Part shown: one piece after another, positions 9,913 to 19,109 of the stretch
How positions within the stretch are numbered: position 1 is the first letter of the stretch
How the letters are laid out: the number at the start of each line of letters is the position of its first letter
NCBI GenBank assembly: GCA_963813025.1
Contig: CAWEXO010000001.1
Span: 167,786 to 231,785, forward strand
Direction of reading: 5' to 3'
Origin: an uncultured Verrucomicrobiae bacterium
GTDB taxonomy: Bacteria; Verrucomicrobiota; Verrucomicrobiia; Chthoniobacterales; JAFAMB01
DNA length: 64,000 bases
The notes under the pieces: generated by a model
What the model saw: the letters and a program-made list of their open reading frames with translations, nothing else
Database searches by the model: none
What the model was told of the DNA's origin: nothing
Program-made: the position numbers and the translations under genes

Positions 9913-10495
9913 GAAGTTCAGGGAAGTTCAGGGAAGTTCAGGGAAGTTTGAGCGGTATCGCCTCTGTCGGTAGGGCGAGAATTTATTCGAGCCCGGCGGA
10001 GCCGGGCGAAGACTCGTTCGAGCCGGAACTTTGCTGGTCGCCACACCCAAGGGCTGAAACAGGTTCTCGCCGGGCCGCCGCCCCGGCTCGAATAAGAGAT
10101 TGTCTCGCAACATGGCCTTGGCCTGCTTCGGTAGGGCGAAAATTCATTCGAGCGTCAGCGAGAACTTGTTTGAGCCGTCTTGGAGGAGGTGGCACACCCT
10201 TATGTCCGGCTGAAACGAGTCCTCGCTAAGGCTCGGATAAATTTTCGCCCTACCGGACCAGGGCCGAGGCCATGTTGCGAGACTCTCTAAATTGTCGCCC
10301 TACCGATCCTGTCCGGCCGCAAACAAAATATCAAATCGCACCGGCGTGCTCCTAAGTCCGACATACCCTTTCAGCTTGTGAGAGCTGATCCTGGCTGGCC
10401 CGTGGGTTCTTCTCTATAGCGATCCGTGGTGAACCGTCTTGGCGATCTTTGCGCGCTTCTGTGTGAATCTTCTTCGATTTGCGATCTGCTCAGCC
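9913..10495 (+). repeat. Composite nested palindromic repeat, copy 2
   Basis: Colinear with 1911-2483; begins with GAAGTTCAGG x3 and contains nested inverted-repeat pairs. Confidence 0.85.
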
Positions 10496-10497
10496 GT

Positions 10498-10940
10498 CTA
10501 CCCCCATTCCGGAACCTGCTGATCGTAATGTATTCGGAGCCGTTGCAGCTCCACTCCCTCAAAGACGTGATCGAGTTCTGGGTCGCTCGAAACGGTGGGC
10601 AGCGAAACCTGTGCCTCTGTCACAAACCGTTTCCTGATTTCCCGGTTACCACCTGAGAAATAGCCGTCGCTCCACCAGTTCAAGATCCTCTCCCTAGCCT
10701 GACCTAACCGCGCCGCCGATGGCAGCTTTGCCGATTTTTCATGTTGATTGATCGACCGATGCGCCGGCATCAGGTTCCAGAGATCGTCACATGGCCAGGC
10801 TGTCCATGGAAAACAATGATCGACATCCATCAAGTCGGGCTTAAGGGCTTTACCGGACCAGACGCAGACAAGCGGCTGCCTCACCATGATCTGCAGCGCA
10901 ATCTCTCGGGCCAAACCCGACATCACGCTCCGGATCCGAG
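10498..10940 (-). pseudogene. 5'-truncated HNH endonuclease domain (C-terminus of a methyltransferase-HNH type protein)
   Basis: CVWSG...DVDHCFPW..WPCDDLWNL.PA...N..K.....P and a 'LRIHYDQQVPEW' ending. Plausible similarity stops at about 10940; the longer ORF-track N-terminus runs antisense into the ECF gene. Confidence 0.75.
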
Positions 10941-11004
10941 TTTCAGCAATTTTGTTCCAAAACGTGATTTCATCCGCTACTGTTGGTGAAATACGGAGTC
11001 TCTC

Positions 11005-11772
11005 TTGGAACGCGACCATGGTCCGCCAGCGGAGGCGGCGAGCTTTCACACCACGCGCTGGACGATCGTTATGAAGGCGGCGCAAAGTCAGGCGCAAGGG
11101 GGGCAGTCCGCCTTAGCTCAGTTGTGCCGCACTTATTGGTATCCACTCTACATGTTCGCTCGCCGCCGCGGGCACTCCCCGGATGACGCCCAGGACTTGA
11201 CCCAAGGTTTTTTCCTGCACCTGCTGGAACAACGGGCGCTGGCGGGAGTTGACCGGCTCAAAGGCAAGTTCCGGTCGTTTTTGCTCGCCTCTTTCCAGAA
11301 CCATCTCTCGGATGAGGCCGATCGCACGCGCCGTCTTAAAAGAGGAGGAGACAAAGAATTCGTTGAGCTGAATACGGAAGAGGCCGAAGAACGCTATCGA
11401 CTGGAGCCGGTCGAGTGTTTAACAGCAGAGAAAATGTTCGATGCTCGGTGGGCAATGACGCTCCTGGCCGAAGCTTTGGCCAAACTGCGCCAGGAGTATG
11501 CCACCGAGGGAAAAACGTCCACGTTCGCATCGTTGAAAGTTTTCCTGGACCCAATTAACAGCAGAGCTCCACCCTCCTATGAAGAGGTCGCGAATCGGCT
11601 TCAGGTCAGCACGGGCGCGGTCAAAACACTTATCCACCGGTTGCGAAAGCGATACACCGCTCTGTTGCGCGAGGAGGTCGGCCGTACGGTGTCAGATCCG
11701 GCAGAAATCGACGAGGAAATCCATGCGCTCTGCGAAGCCTTAATCGCATCCGAAGGACGGTTAGGTCCATGA
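11005..11772 (+). CDS. ECF-type RNA polymerase sigma factor (kinase-associated type)
   Basis: FHTTRW, LCRTYWYPLY...DAQDLTQGFF, KGKFRSFLL, region 4 'AVKTLIHRLRKRY', with a C-terminal extension. TTG start with GGAG upstream. Confidence 0.9.
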   Translation: MERDHGPPAEAASFHTTRWTIVMKAAQSQAQGGQSALAQLCRTYWYPLYMFARRRGHSPDDAQDLTQGFFLHLLEQRALAGVDRLKGKFRSFLLASFQNHLSDEADRTRRLKRGGDKEFVELNTEEAEERYRLEPVECLTAEKMFDARWAMTLLAEALAKLRQEYATEGKTSTFASLKVFLDPINSRAPPSYEEVANRLQVSTGAVKTLIHRLRKRYTALLREEVGRTVSDPAEIDEEIHALCEALIASEGRLGP

Positions 11773-13976
11773 AAACGGAGCTTCGACGCACCTGCCCAAG
11801 CTGTGGCAATGAGTTTTCCGAAGCGATGGAATTCTGTCCGGTTTGCATACTACGCGGAGCTGCACGGGGAGAATCCGCAGCGGCCCCGGCGGTGAATCCG
11901 ACAGGTGAGCCAGAACAAGGCTCCGAGGAGGGAGAGCCGGCGTCCCCGGTCAACCGGTTTGAGCATTATGAACTGATGTTGGATGAAGAGGGTAGACCGA
12001 TCGAGCTGGGGCGTGGCTCGATGGGCGTCACGTACAAGGCGCTTGATGTCGATCTGCGGTGCCCGGTGACATTGAAGGTCATCAACGAAAAATATCTCGG
12101 TGACGAGTCAGCGCGGCTTCGTTTCTTGCGCGAGGCGCGCGCAGCAGCCAGCGTACGTCACCCGAATGTTGCCTCGGTCTTCCATCTGGGAAGAACCCGA
12201 AAGAGCTATTTCTATGCGATGGAGTTTGTAGAGGGGGAAACGCTCGCGAGTCTCATGAACCGTACCGGCCGGATTGAGGTAAAGCTGGCGCTCGAAATTG
12301 CTACTCAGGTTGCAGCTGGTTTGGCTGCGGTGCACAAGCAGAGACTCGTGCACCGAGATATCAAAGCAAGCAACATCATGGTGAATATGGCGGATGGAGA
12401 CGCTGTGACCGCAAAGATCGTCGACCTGGGGCTGGCCAAGACGGTGAACGAACCAGATTCCGAAGCGGCTATTTCTATACCCGGATGGTTTGCGGGGACA
12501 CCAGAGTTTGCTAGTCCCGAGCAATTCGCGGGCGTCGGTGTTGATATTCGCTCGGATCTTTACTCGCTGGGTGCGATGCTTTGGGTGGCGGTCACCGGCC
12601 ACCGTCTGTTCAGGGGCTCCCCTGCTGAGGTGATGTATCAGCATCAGCATGCACCGTTACCCCTCAAACAACTCAAAGACGTTCCGCAGCCGGTCGTCAC
12701 TCTACTTGAGGTGCTTTTAGAGAAAGATCCGGCGCGGCGCTTCCAGAGCCCGACCGAACTCCTGAAGGCGATGCCGACGATAACGGGCGCTATCGACGCG
12801 GGGCGTACAATCTCTCGTGGGAGCTTGCGGCCAGCCGCTACCCGACCGGGCGAGTTCTGCGATACGCTGTCTGGGATCGCGACAGCGAAATTGGAGTCCA
12901 TGGCCCCTGCTCCCAAAGCGCCAGAGTTGGACCAATCAACTCCGCCGCGCCTGCAATCGTCACCAGAGGTGCTTTCACAGGCAGCGCCGATGCGAAAAGA
13001 ACTCCATTCTCGTCCGTTGCCTACACGGCGGCACAATCTGTTCCTATTCGCGGCGGCGCTAGGCGCCATCATGCTGGTTACCGGCTTGGTTTGGTTTCTC
13101 GGACCGAAATTCCGGAATCCAACGGTGCCGGCTCTTCGCGGAACGATTTCACCAAAGCCGACGGCGGTCTTCGTTTTTCATTCCCCGCCCACGCCCGGTA
13201 AACCATGGTCGAACAGCCTCGGAATGCGCTTCGTGCCGCTGGGTGAAATCCACCTCGCTGTGTGGCAGACCCGGGTCCGAGATTTCGAGGTATTCGTTCA
13301 CGCAACCGGCTACGATGCCGTCGGCGGCATGTCGTCTGCCATTACGCGGAACGGATTTAAGCTCAGCACGATGAGCTGGATGGCGCCGGGTTTCCAGCAA
13401 ACACCGGAGCAACCCGTCGTCGGCGTCAGCTGGGAAGACGCGAATCAATTCTGTGCATGGCTGACGAAAAAGGAACGAAGCGAAGGGGCGCTCGCAACCT
13501 TTCAAAGCTATCGGCTACCAACCGATCGCGAATGGAGCCGGGCTGTCGGGCTTGAGCACGAGCAGGGCGCTACGCCAGCAGATCGCAGCGGAAAGATTAA
13601 GAGCATCTATCCTTGGGGTACAGTATTTCCGCCGCCGAACGACGTAGCAAACTATGCGGGCGAGGAATCGCGCGAAGGCGCACCGGATACATGGATGGTC
13701 ATTGCAGGTTTTCACGATGCTTTCCCCCGGACAGCTCCGGTTTCGGCTTTCAAGGCAAACGCGAAAGGTCTCTACTGCTTGGGAGGGAACGTCTGGGAAT
13801 GGTGTATGGATACGTTCGAAAACGGAATGGACTGGCGCACACTCCGCGGTGGCTCGTGGGCAACATCGAGTCCCGAAGAGTTACTCTCCTCCCATCGCCG
13901 GGGCTACGGACCATTGTTCCGTTCCGATGACATCGGGTTCCGCTGCGTTATCGCCATAGATGGAGCGCACGAATGA
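11769..13976 (+). CDS. Hanks-type Ser/Thr kinase with N-terminal Zn ribbon, TM helix and C-terminal FGE/SUMF1-like domain
   Basis: CPSC..CPVC; LGRGSMG, LKVI, HRDIKASN, DLGL, GTPEFASPEQ, DLYSLG; one TM helix; NSLGMRF, PVVGVSWEDA, YRLPTDREW, GNVWEW, RGGSW, IGFRC. Confidence 0.92.
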   Translation: MKTELRRTCPSCGNEFSEAMEFCPVCILRGAARGESAAAPAVNPTGEPEQGSEEGEPASPVNRFEHYELMLDEEGRPIELGRGSMGVTYKALDVDLRCPVTLKVINEKYLGDESARLRFLREARAAASVRHPNVASVFHLGRTRKSYFYAMEFVEGETLASLMNRTGRIEVKLALEIATQVAAGLAAVHKQRLVHRDIKASNIMVNMADGDAVTAKIVDLGLAKTVNEPDSEAAISIPGWFAGTPEFASPEQFAGVGVDIRSDLYSLGAMLWVAVTGHRLFRGSPAEVMYQHQHAPLPLKQLKDVPQPVVTLLEVLLEKDPARRFQSPTELLKAMPTITGAIDAGRTISRGSLRPAATRPGEFCDTLSGIATAKLESMAPAPKAPELDQSTPPRLQSSPEVLSQAAPMRKELHSRPLPTRRHNLFLFAAALGAIMLVTGLVWFLGPKFRNPTVPALRGTISPKPTAVFVFHSPPTPGKPWSNSLGMRFVPLGEIHLAVWQTRVRDFEVFVHATGYDAVGGMSSAITRNGFKLSTMSWMAPGFQQTPEQPVVGVSWEDANQFCAWLTKKERSEGALATFQSYRLPTDREWSRAVGLEHEQGATPADRSGKIKSIYPWGTVFPPPNDVANYAGEESREGAPDTWMVIAGFHDAFPRTAPVSAFKANAKGLYCLGGNVWEWCMDTFENGMDWRTLRGGSWATSSPEELLSSHRRGYGPLFRSDDIGFRCVIAIDGAHE

Positions 13977-14896
13977 AATTGCTTAAATTCAATCTTATTT
14001 TCATTCCTTTACTCGCGCTTTGCTTGGGCGTGGTCGGCTACATTGCGAGAAACTTATTGCTTGAGGACACGCGCGAACACGTCATCCAGAACGCGCGGAT
14101 AATCATGGAGACGATGCTGTCGAGCCGCACCTATACGACGAAACAGGTTGCCCCTCTGCTTCAACAAAAGAATTTCAAGCTGCAAACCGCAATTTCGGAA
14201 TTTCGAAAGACGATCGAGGAGATGCCGAAGGTTTTAGATCCGGCAGCTCCGAAAGACATTCGGGGTAACGCAAAGAAAAGCTATATTCTCGGTCAGCAGC
14301 GCGCCCTGGACGTTCAGCAGCAGTTTCTGGAGTCGGTAAAAGGCAGACCGGAAGAGCTCCTCGACACCGAGTTCCATCCTCAGTCGGTTCCCGCGTTCGC
14401 CGCGACGGAGATCTTCTCTTATCTGCGTGAAAAATTTCCTGACTATTTCTATAAGGAAGCTACTCTGAATCCGAGCAACCCGCGAAACCGCGCCACGGAT
14501 TGGGAAAGCGACGTGATCAACCAATTCCGCACCCACTTGGAACAGACCGAATTCATCAATACGCGCGAATCTGCCACCGGGACAGCGCTTGTCCTGGCGC
14601 GACCGATCAAAGTAAACAATGTCAGCTGTCTGGAGTGCCACAGCACACCAGATAAGGCGCCGGCAGAGATGATCAAGCTTTATGGCACAGCCAACGGCTT
14701 TGGTTGGAAGCTGGACGACATTATCGGTGCCCAAATCGTTTCTGTGCCGGTCTCGGTAGCCGTGCGCATTGCCGAAGACGCGTTCCGCGTGATCGTCATG
14801 TGGCTTGCTGGTGCGTTCGGCGGTATCATTCTTGTCGCTAACATCGCTGTCGCGATCGTGGCGCGTCCGCCGCCGAAAGCTCAGAACGGGAGTTAG
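13973..14896 (+). CDS. DUF3365 (Tll0287-like) c-type heme domain protein with two TM helices
   Basis: PQSVPAFAATE, YKEATLNPSNPRNRA, CLECH heme motif, YG..NGFGWK...IGAQIVSVP. Overlaps the kinase stop (ATGA). Confidence 0.88.
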   Translation: MKLLKFNLIFIPLLALCLGVVGYIARNLLLEDTREHVIQNARIIMETMLSSRTYTTKQVAPLLQQKNFKLQTAISEFRKTIEEMPKVLDPAAPKDIRGNAKKSYILGQQRALDVQQQFLESVKGRPEELLDTEFHPQSVPAFAATEIFSYLREKFPDYFYKEATLNPSNPRNRATDWESDVINQFRTHLEQTEFINTRESATGTALVLARPIKVNNVSCLECHSTPDKAPAEMIKLYGTANGFGWKLDDIIGAQIVSVPVSVAVRIAEDAFRVIVMWLAGAFGGIILVANIAVAIVARPPPKAQNGS

Positions 14897-15009
14897 TCGA
14901 ACCACCATGAGCCGCCGCTGCGGCACCGGGGAATGGTTTCAGGCTCGCATCTAAAGATTCAGGCAACATTTTGAGACGCAGAGGATAGGAACGGCTATGA
15001 TGACTAGAC

Positions 15010-15395
15010 ATAGCGCGTTTGCTCCGAGTTCTTGTGTCGGGTCTATGGTATCATGTGATCAATCGCGGTATCGAACGGCGTATCATCTACCCGGGCGAGC
15101 CTTGTTTTTCAGATTGAAGAGCTCTTGGAGCGGATGGTGCAGCAGTTTTGGGGTCCGGTCCACAGTTACGTTCTGATTGCGCAACCACTATCATCTGCAC
15201 GTGGAAAGGCAGCGCGACAACCTTACTCAAACGAGTTCGGGAAGGTGATCGTAAAGAGCAAAAAGCGGTGGGCGAACTGGAGAAGCTAGCCTTGGCTTGG
15301 CCGCAGATTACCCAAACGGTGGCCAGAGTTCGGCAGGAACCCTGGGAAATGATCAGTCAGCGGAAGGGCGATCCTGCCCGGGAGATTGTCTTCAA
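15010..15395 (+). pseudogene. Degraded REP-associated tyrosine (Y1/HUH) transposase, RAYT
   Basis: ATA(M)ARLLRVLVSGLWYHVINRGIERRIIY..., frameshift, ELLERMVQQFWGPVHSYVL/RNHYHL (HUH motif at about 15183-15197), then a jump to 'GDRKEQ...WPQITQTVARVRQEPWE...GDPAREIV', which resembles the C-terminal extension of such transposases. Confidence 0.8.
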
Positions 15396-15814
15396 CCCGC
15401 AGGAACCACGTGGGAGAGCCGACAGAGCAGGATTCCCTGCGGCTTTCAGCCCTCCCTCATCGCTCTCGATGGACCGCTGCTTCCGCGAGGTACTGACAAG
15501 CTGATTCGTCGCCCTTGTGAATCCATTTTCGTTTAGGCGCCTTTTCATGGCGAACCCACCGGCGGATGGTTCTGGCTGCCGCCTTGGTCCCTGTGGCAAC
15601 CGTGGGCGAGACAGGGATTTGATCGTACTGCCAGAGCGATGACCTTAAAAGGTCGGCCTGTTGATAAAGCTCTCGGCGGCTAAGCGGCTGCGGCCGCTGG
15701 CGGATCGAACGATGTGACAGTGCCAGTGATCGTTGATATACAACTTGGGGGGGAACCATGTCGCCAATGACATTTGCAGCATCCATGCCGGAGCCACTGA
15801 CGCCGCAAGAGACA

Positions 15815-15865
15815 ATGGGGCGAAACGACCTTTGCTGGTGCCGGTCTGGTCGAAAGGGGAAAATT
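15815..15865 (+). pseudogene. SEC-C motif remnant
   Basis: MGRNDLCWCRSGRK matches the start of the SEC-C motif, but the final K..C(H/C) part is missing. Confidence 0.4.
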
Positions 15866-16046
15866 AAGCAGATCTCTATACGCGACAGCATGCCAGCAAT
15901 TCTTAGCAGTCCTGTCATTGCCAAAGCGAATACGAAGTTGCTGCATTTTACTGACCGTGACCAACTTATCCCCAAGGTGGTTGCCGAGCCTTGACAGCCG
16001 CGCATGCAGGTTGCAGTACCAAATAGGAAAGCAGGAGTGGCGCTAA

Positions 16047-16568
16047 TCAACCCGCTTTCTGCAGAAATAAATAGATGGCGCGGTATTTAACCCTCGCAGT
16101 TTCGCGCTCGGTCTTCGGTAGTTCATTGGGAGGAACTCCGCCCTCAGTCGAGATCCGGACCACATAGTCGACTTTGTCTAAAAGTCCAGAGCCAGATCTT
16201 GACTTAACGGCCACTAGCAACCATGCGATGTTTTTTGCGCCGTGCGAAGTCCACGTTTTCAGCGGCGGCAGGGCACCCACGACCTCGCTTCCATCGTTGG
16301 CAGACCAACCCGGCCCAGCAAAATGCTTCCCGACAAGCTGGCCAGACAAATCCTTTAGCTCAGCCTCTGGCATCTTGAGCGTCCATTGATAACCACCCGC
16401 CGGGTTCGCCTTAACTTCGTAGATTTGAACCCCTTCTCCAACAACCGCCCATACGAGACGACTATTTTCCGGTAAGGAAATCCCTTGCGGTTCCTGCGCT
16501 AGTGATGAACCGCACAGGGCAAAGCAGGTGAATCCGAGCAGTAAGACCCAGAGTTTGTTCATTTTCAT
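16047..16568 (-). CDS. DUF3455 domain secreted protein
   Basis: Signal peptide; GEGVQIY, W.L..PEA.L, GKHFAGP.W...DGSEV, IAWLL, R..TEGG.PP, V.Y.A.Y.F. Confidence 0.85.
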   Translation of the reverse strand: MKMNKLWVLLLGFTCFALCGSSLAQEPQGISLPENSRLVWAVVGEGVQIYEVKANPAGGYQWTLKMPEAELKDLSGQLVGKHFAGPGWSANDGSEVVGALPPLKTWTSHGAKNIAWLLVAVKSRSGSGLLDKVDYVVRISTEGGVPPNELPKTERETARVKYRAIYLFLQKAG

Positions 16569-16954
16569 TTTCCGTCTGAAGCTTGCATAGCCAATTAGAT
16601 TGAACAGCAAATCCAGGGTGGCTCAACAATTGCTAGGCCCACCTGTCGGACTGTACTTAAATTGTAGATTACCTGGGAGCATAGTCCACGATTTAAGTAC
16701 AGTCCGACACCCCGCGTGAGGTTCAACCCGCTATCCTTGAACGTGATCCTGGCTCTCAACATTGCCGTGATGTCCTCAAGAGCCCGGGAATTGATGGGTT
16801 GAAGCCCGAATTCTTGGTGCTTTTTTGATAGGGCCTTTCCTCGCAGACCAAAAGTATTTAGCCGACTTATGGCTTTGGAAATAAGTGCCTTGCTAAACTC
16901 AAACGTCGCTTTTCGTACCTTTAATGGAGGTTTAACCGTTAATAGAGTCTGCGC

Positions 16955-18412
16955 ATGATCGCAACGCTCCACCACTCGCTGCTTGCTGTCGCATTCATTA
17001 CTCTACTCGAACTGATGGTCATGGTGCGGATCCTGCTTCGACCCCATCGCGACCCTGCTTCCCGAATTGCATGGGTAGTGGTCGTTGCCGCGCTGCCTCT
17101 AATCGGCATGTTCGCCTATCTGCTTCTAGGCGAGGTGAACATCGGCCGCGACCGTGTGAACCGGTTGCGCGCAGTCCTCAAGCGCATGCAGCAGATTCCG
17201 TGTTACGCAGCCGATGATGAGGCGGACTTCGCAGCCGCCGTCCCCGAGCGTTACCGTCATCTTTTTTTGCTCGGCCACTCTGTTAGTGGGTTCCATCCAG
17301 TGGGTGGCAACACCGCGCGTCTTCTGCCGAACTCCAACGCCACGATCGATGCGATGGTGGCAGACATCGATTCCGCAACGGATCACGTCCATGTGCTTTT
17401 CTACATCTGGCTACCTGACCACAACGGCACCAAGGTCGTCGAGGCCTTGAAGCGCGCGGCTCGCCGCGGCGTGACTTGCCGGGTCATGGCCGATGATCTC
17501 GGCTCGCGCGGGATCATCCGCTCCGAGCATTGGCAAGCGATGCGTGCAGCCGGCGTGCGCGTGGCTGCTGGCCTGCCCATAGGCAACCCCTTGCTGTGGC
17601 TGTTCGAAGGCCGCATCGACCTTCGGAACCATCGCAAGATCGTGATCATCGACGATCGCATTACCTACTGTGGCAGCCAAAACTGTGCCGATGCCGAGTT
17701 CCGAGTGAAGGCGAAGTACGCACCCTGGGTGGACGCTGTAATGCGCTTCGAGGGTCCCATAGCGCGCCAGAACCAGTTCCTGTTCGCGAGTGACTGGATG
17801 ACGTACGTTGATGAGAATCTAGACCAACTATTGAGCAAACCGTTGCCTTTACCGATGCCGGGAGGGCTACCTGCGCAGGTGATCGGAACGGGCCCGACGG
17901 TGCGCTACTCGGCCATGCCTGAAATGTTTGAATCCCTGATGTTCGCAGCGCGGCGCGAGATCGTCGCCACTACTCCCTACTACGTGCCCGACGAGTCCCT
18001 GCACAACGCGCTGTGCACGACCGCTTACCGAGGCGTGGACACGACGATCGTCTTTCCTGCCAGAAACGACTCGTGGTTTGTCGGAGCGGCCAGTCGCAGC
18101 TACTACGCGGATCTGCTCAACGCGGGGGTCAAGATCTACGAGTTCAAGGACGGCTTGTTGCACACGAAATCGCTGACGCTGGATGGTGAGGTCACCTTGA
18201 TCGGCTCGGCGAACATGGACCGCCGCAGTTTCGAGCTCAACTACGAGAACAACATCCTCTTCCACGATTCCGCGCTTACCGGTGCTGTGCGCGGGCGCCA
18301 GCAGGAATACATTGCGCGGTCGAATCGGATTACTAAGGAGGCCGTGGCGGCGTGGCCGATTTCACGCCAGCTGTGGAACAACCTCGTTGCCACGCTCGGG
18401 CCTGTGCTCTGA
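16955..18412 (+). CDS. cls: Cardiolipin synthase
   Basis: Two N-terminal TM helices and two HKD motifs (RNHRKIVIID, LHTKSLTLD), GSANMDRRSFELNYE. Confidence 0.93.
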   Translation: MIATLHHSLLAVAFITLLELMVMVRILLRPHRDPASRIAWVVVVAALPLIGMFAYLLLGEVNIGRDRVNRLRAVLKRMQQIPCYAADDEADFAAAVPERYRHLFLLGHSVSGFHPVGGNTARLLPNSNATIDAMVADIDSATDHVHVLFYIWLPDHNGTKVVEALKRAARRGVTCRVMADDLGSRGIIRSEHWQAMRAAGVRVAAGLPIGNPLLWLFEGRIDLRNHRKIVIIDDRITYCGSQNCADAEFRVKAKYAPWVDAVMRFEGPIARQNQFLFASDWMTYVDENLDQLLSKPLPLPMPGGLPAQVIGTGPTVRYSAMPEMFESLMFAARREIVATTPYYVPDESLHNALCTTAYRGVDTTIVFPARNDSWFVGAASRSYYADLLNAGVKIYEFKDGLLHTKSLTLDGEVTLIGSANMDRRSFELNYENNILFHDSALTGAVRGRQQEYIARSNRITKEAVAAWPISRQLWNNLVATLGPVL

Positions 18413-19109
18413 GCGCCTACATAAAGAGCCGCGCCAATGTCGTCTGAAAATTTGTCGAGCGCATCAGATTGGATGACGTCCAGGTAGCAGACCAGGGTTG
18501 AAGTTGAACGTTCCGCTTTCTATTTTTGCTTGGCTTCCCGTTATAGGCTCACAAAAATTGGCGCATTTGCGTGGCTAAATCCCATTAAATCAATCAAACC
18601 CGACGCAAACTTGTGAATATCGAGCAGGCGTGTTAACAGCTGGCCGAACGAACGTTCGATTTAGATTGTCGGAAGATCCGCTTCGAGAGGGAAGGGGGAA
18701 ATCCCCTGTCGTTTGGCGGACCCGGAAGCATATGGCGGAGCGAGGACGGATCGCTACAATTCAAGGCGCATTTGAATGAATCAGACTTTCTGGCCGGGAG
18801 GCAGGATAAGCTTCCTTTGTCTTGACCGAATCCCGCAATTCTCATATTGCACTCTCAGGCGCTTTACTTGGTAGCATCGGAGTAAATTCCATGGTGCGAC
18901 CGGGTGCGAACCGGGTGGTTCGTAAGGGATGGTTAGGCGCATCCTATCCCCCAGCACAGTATGCCCCTCTACAAATTTTTTGCCTTCTCCCTTAACGAGT
19001 TCCGGGCCCAATACCGGCGAATGATCTTAGTGTCACTGTCGGGTATTTTTTTCAAACTGCGTGAGTTTTATTTTTTGGGATTAACGGTTAACACATCGGA
19101 GGCACGATC

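Noticed and set aside
16595..16975. 126-aa minus-strand ORF between DUF3455 and cls
   Set aside because: No recognisable motif, overlaps the cls start, and probably spans a divergent promoter region.
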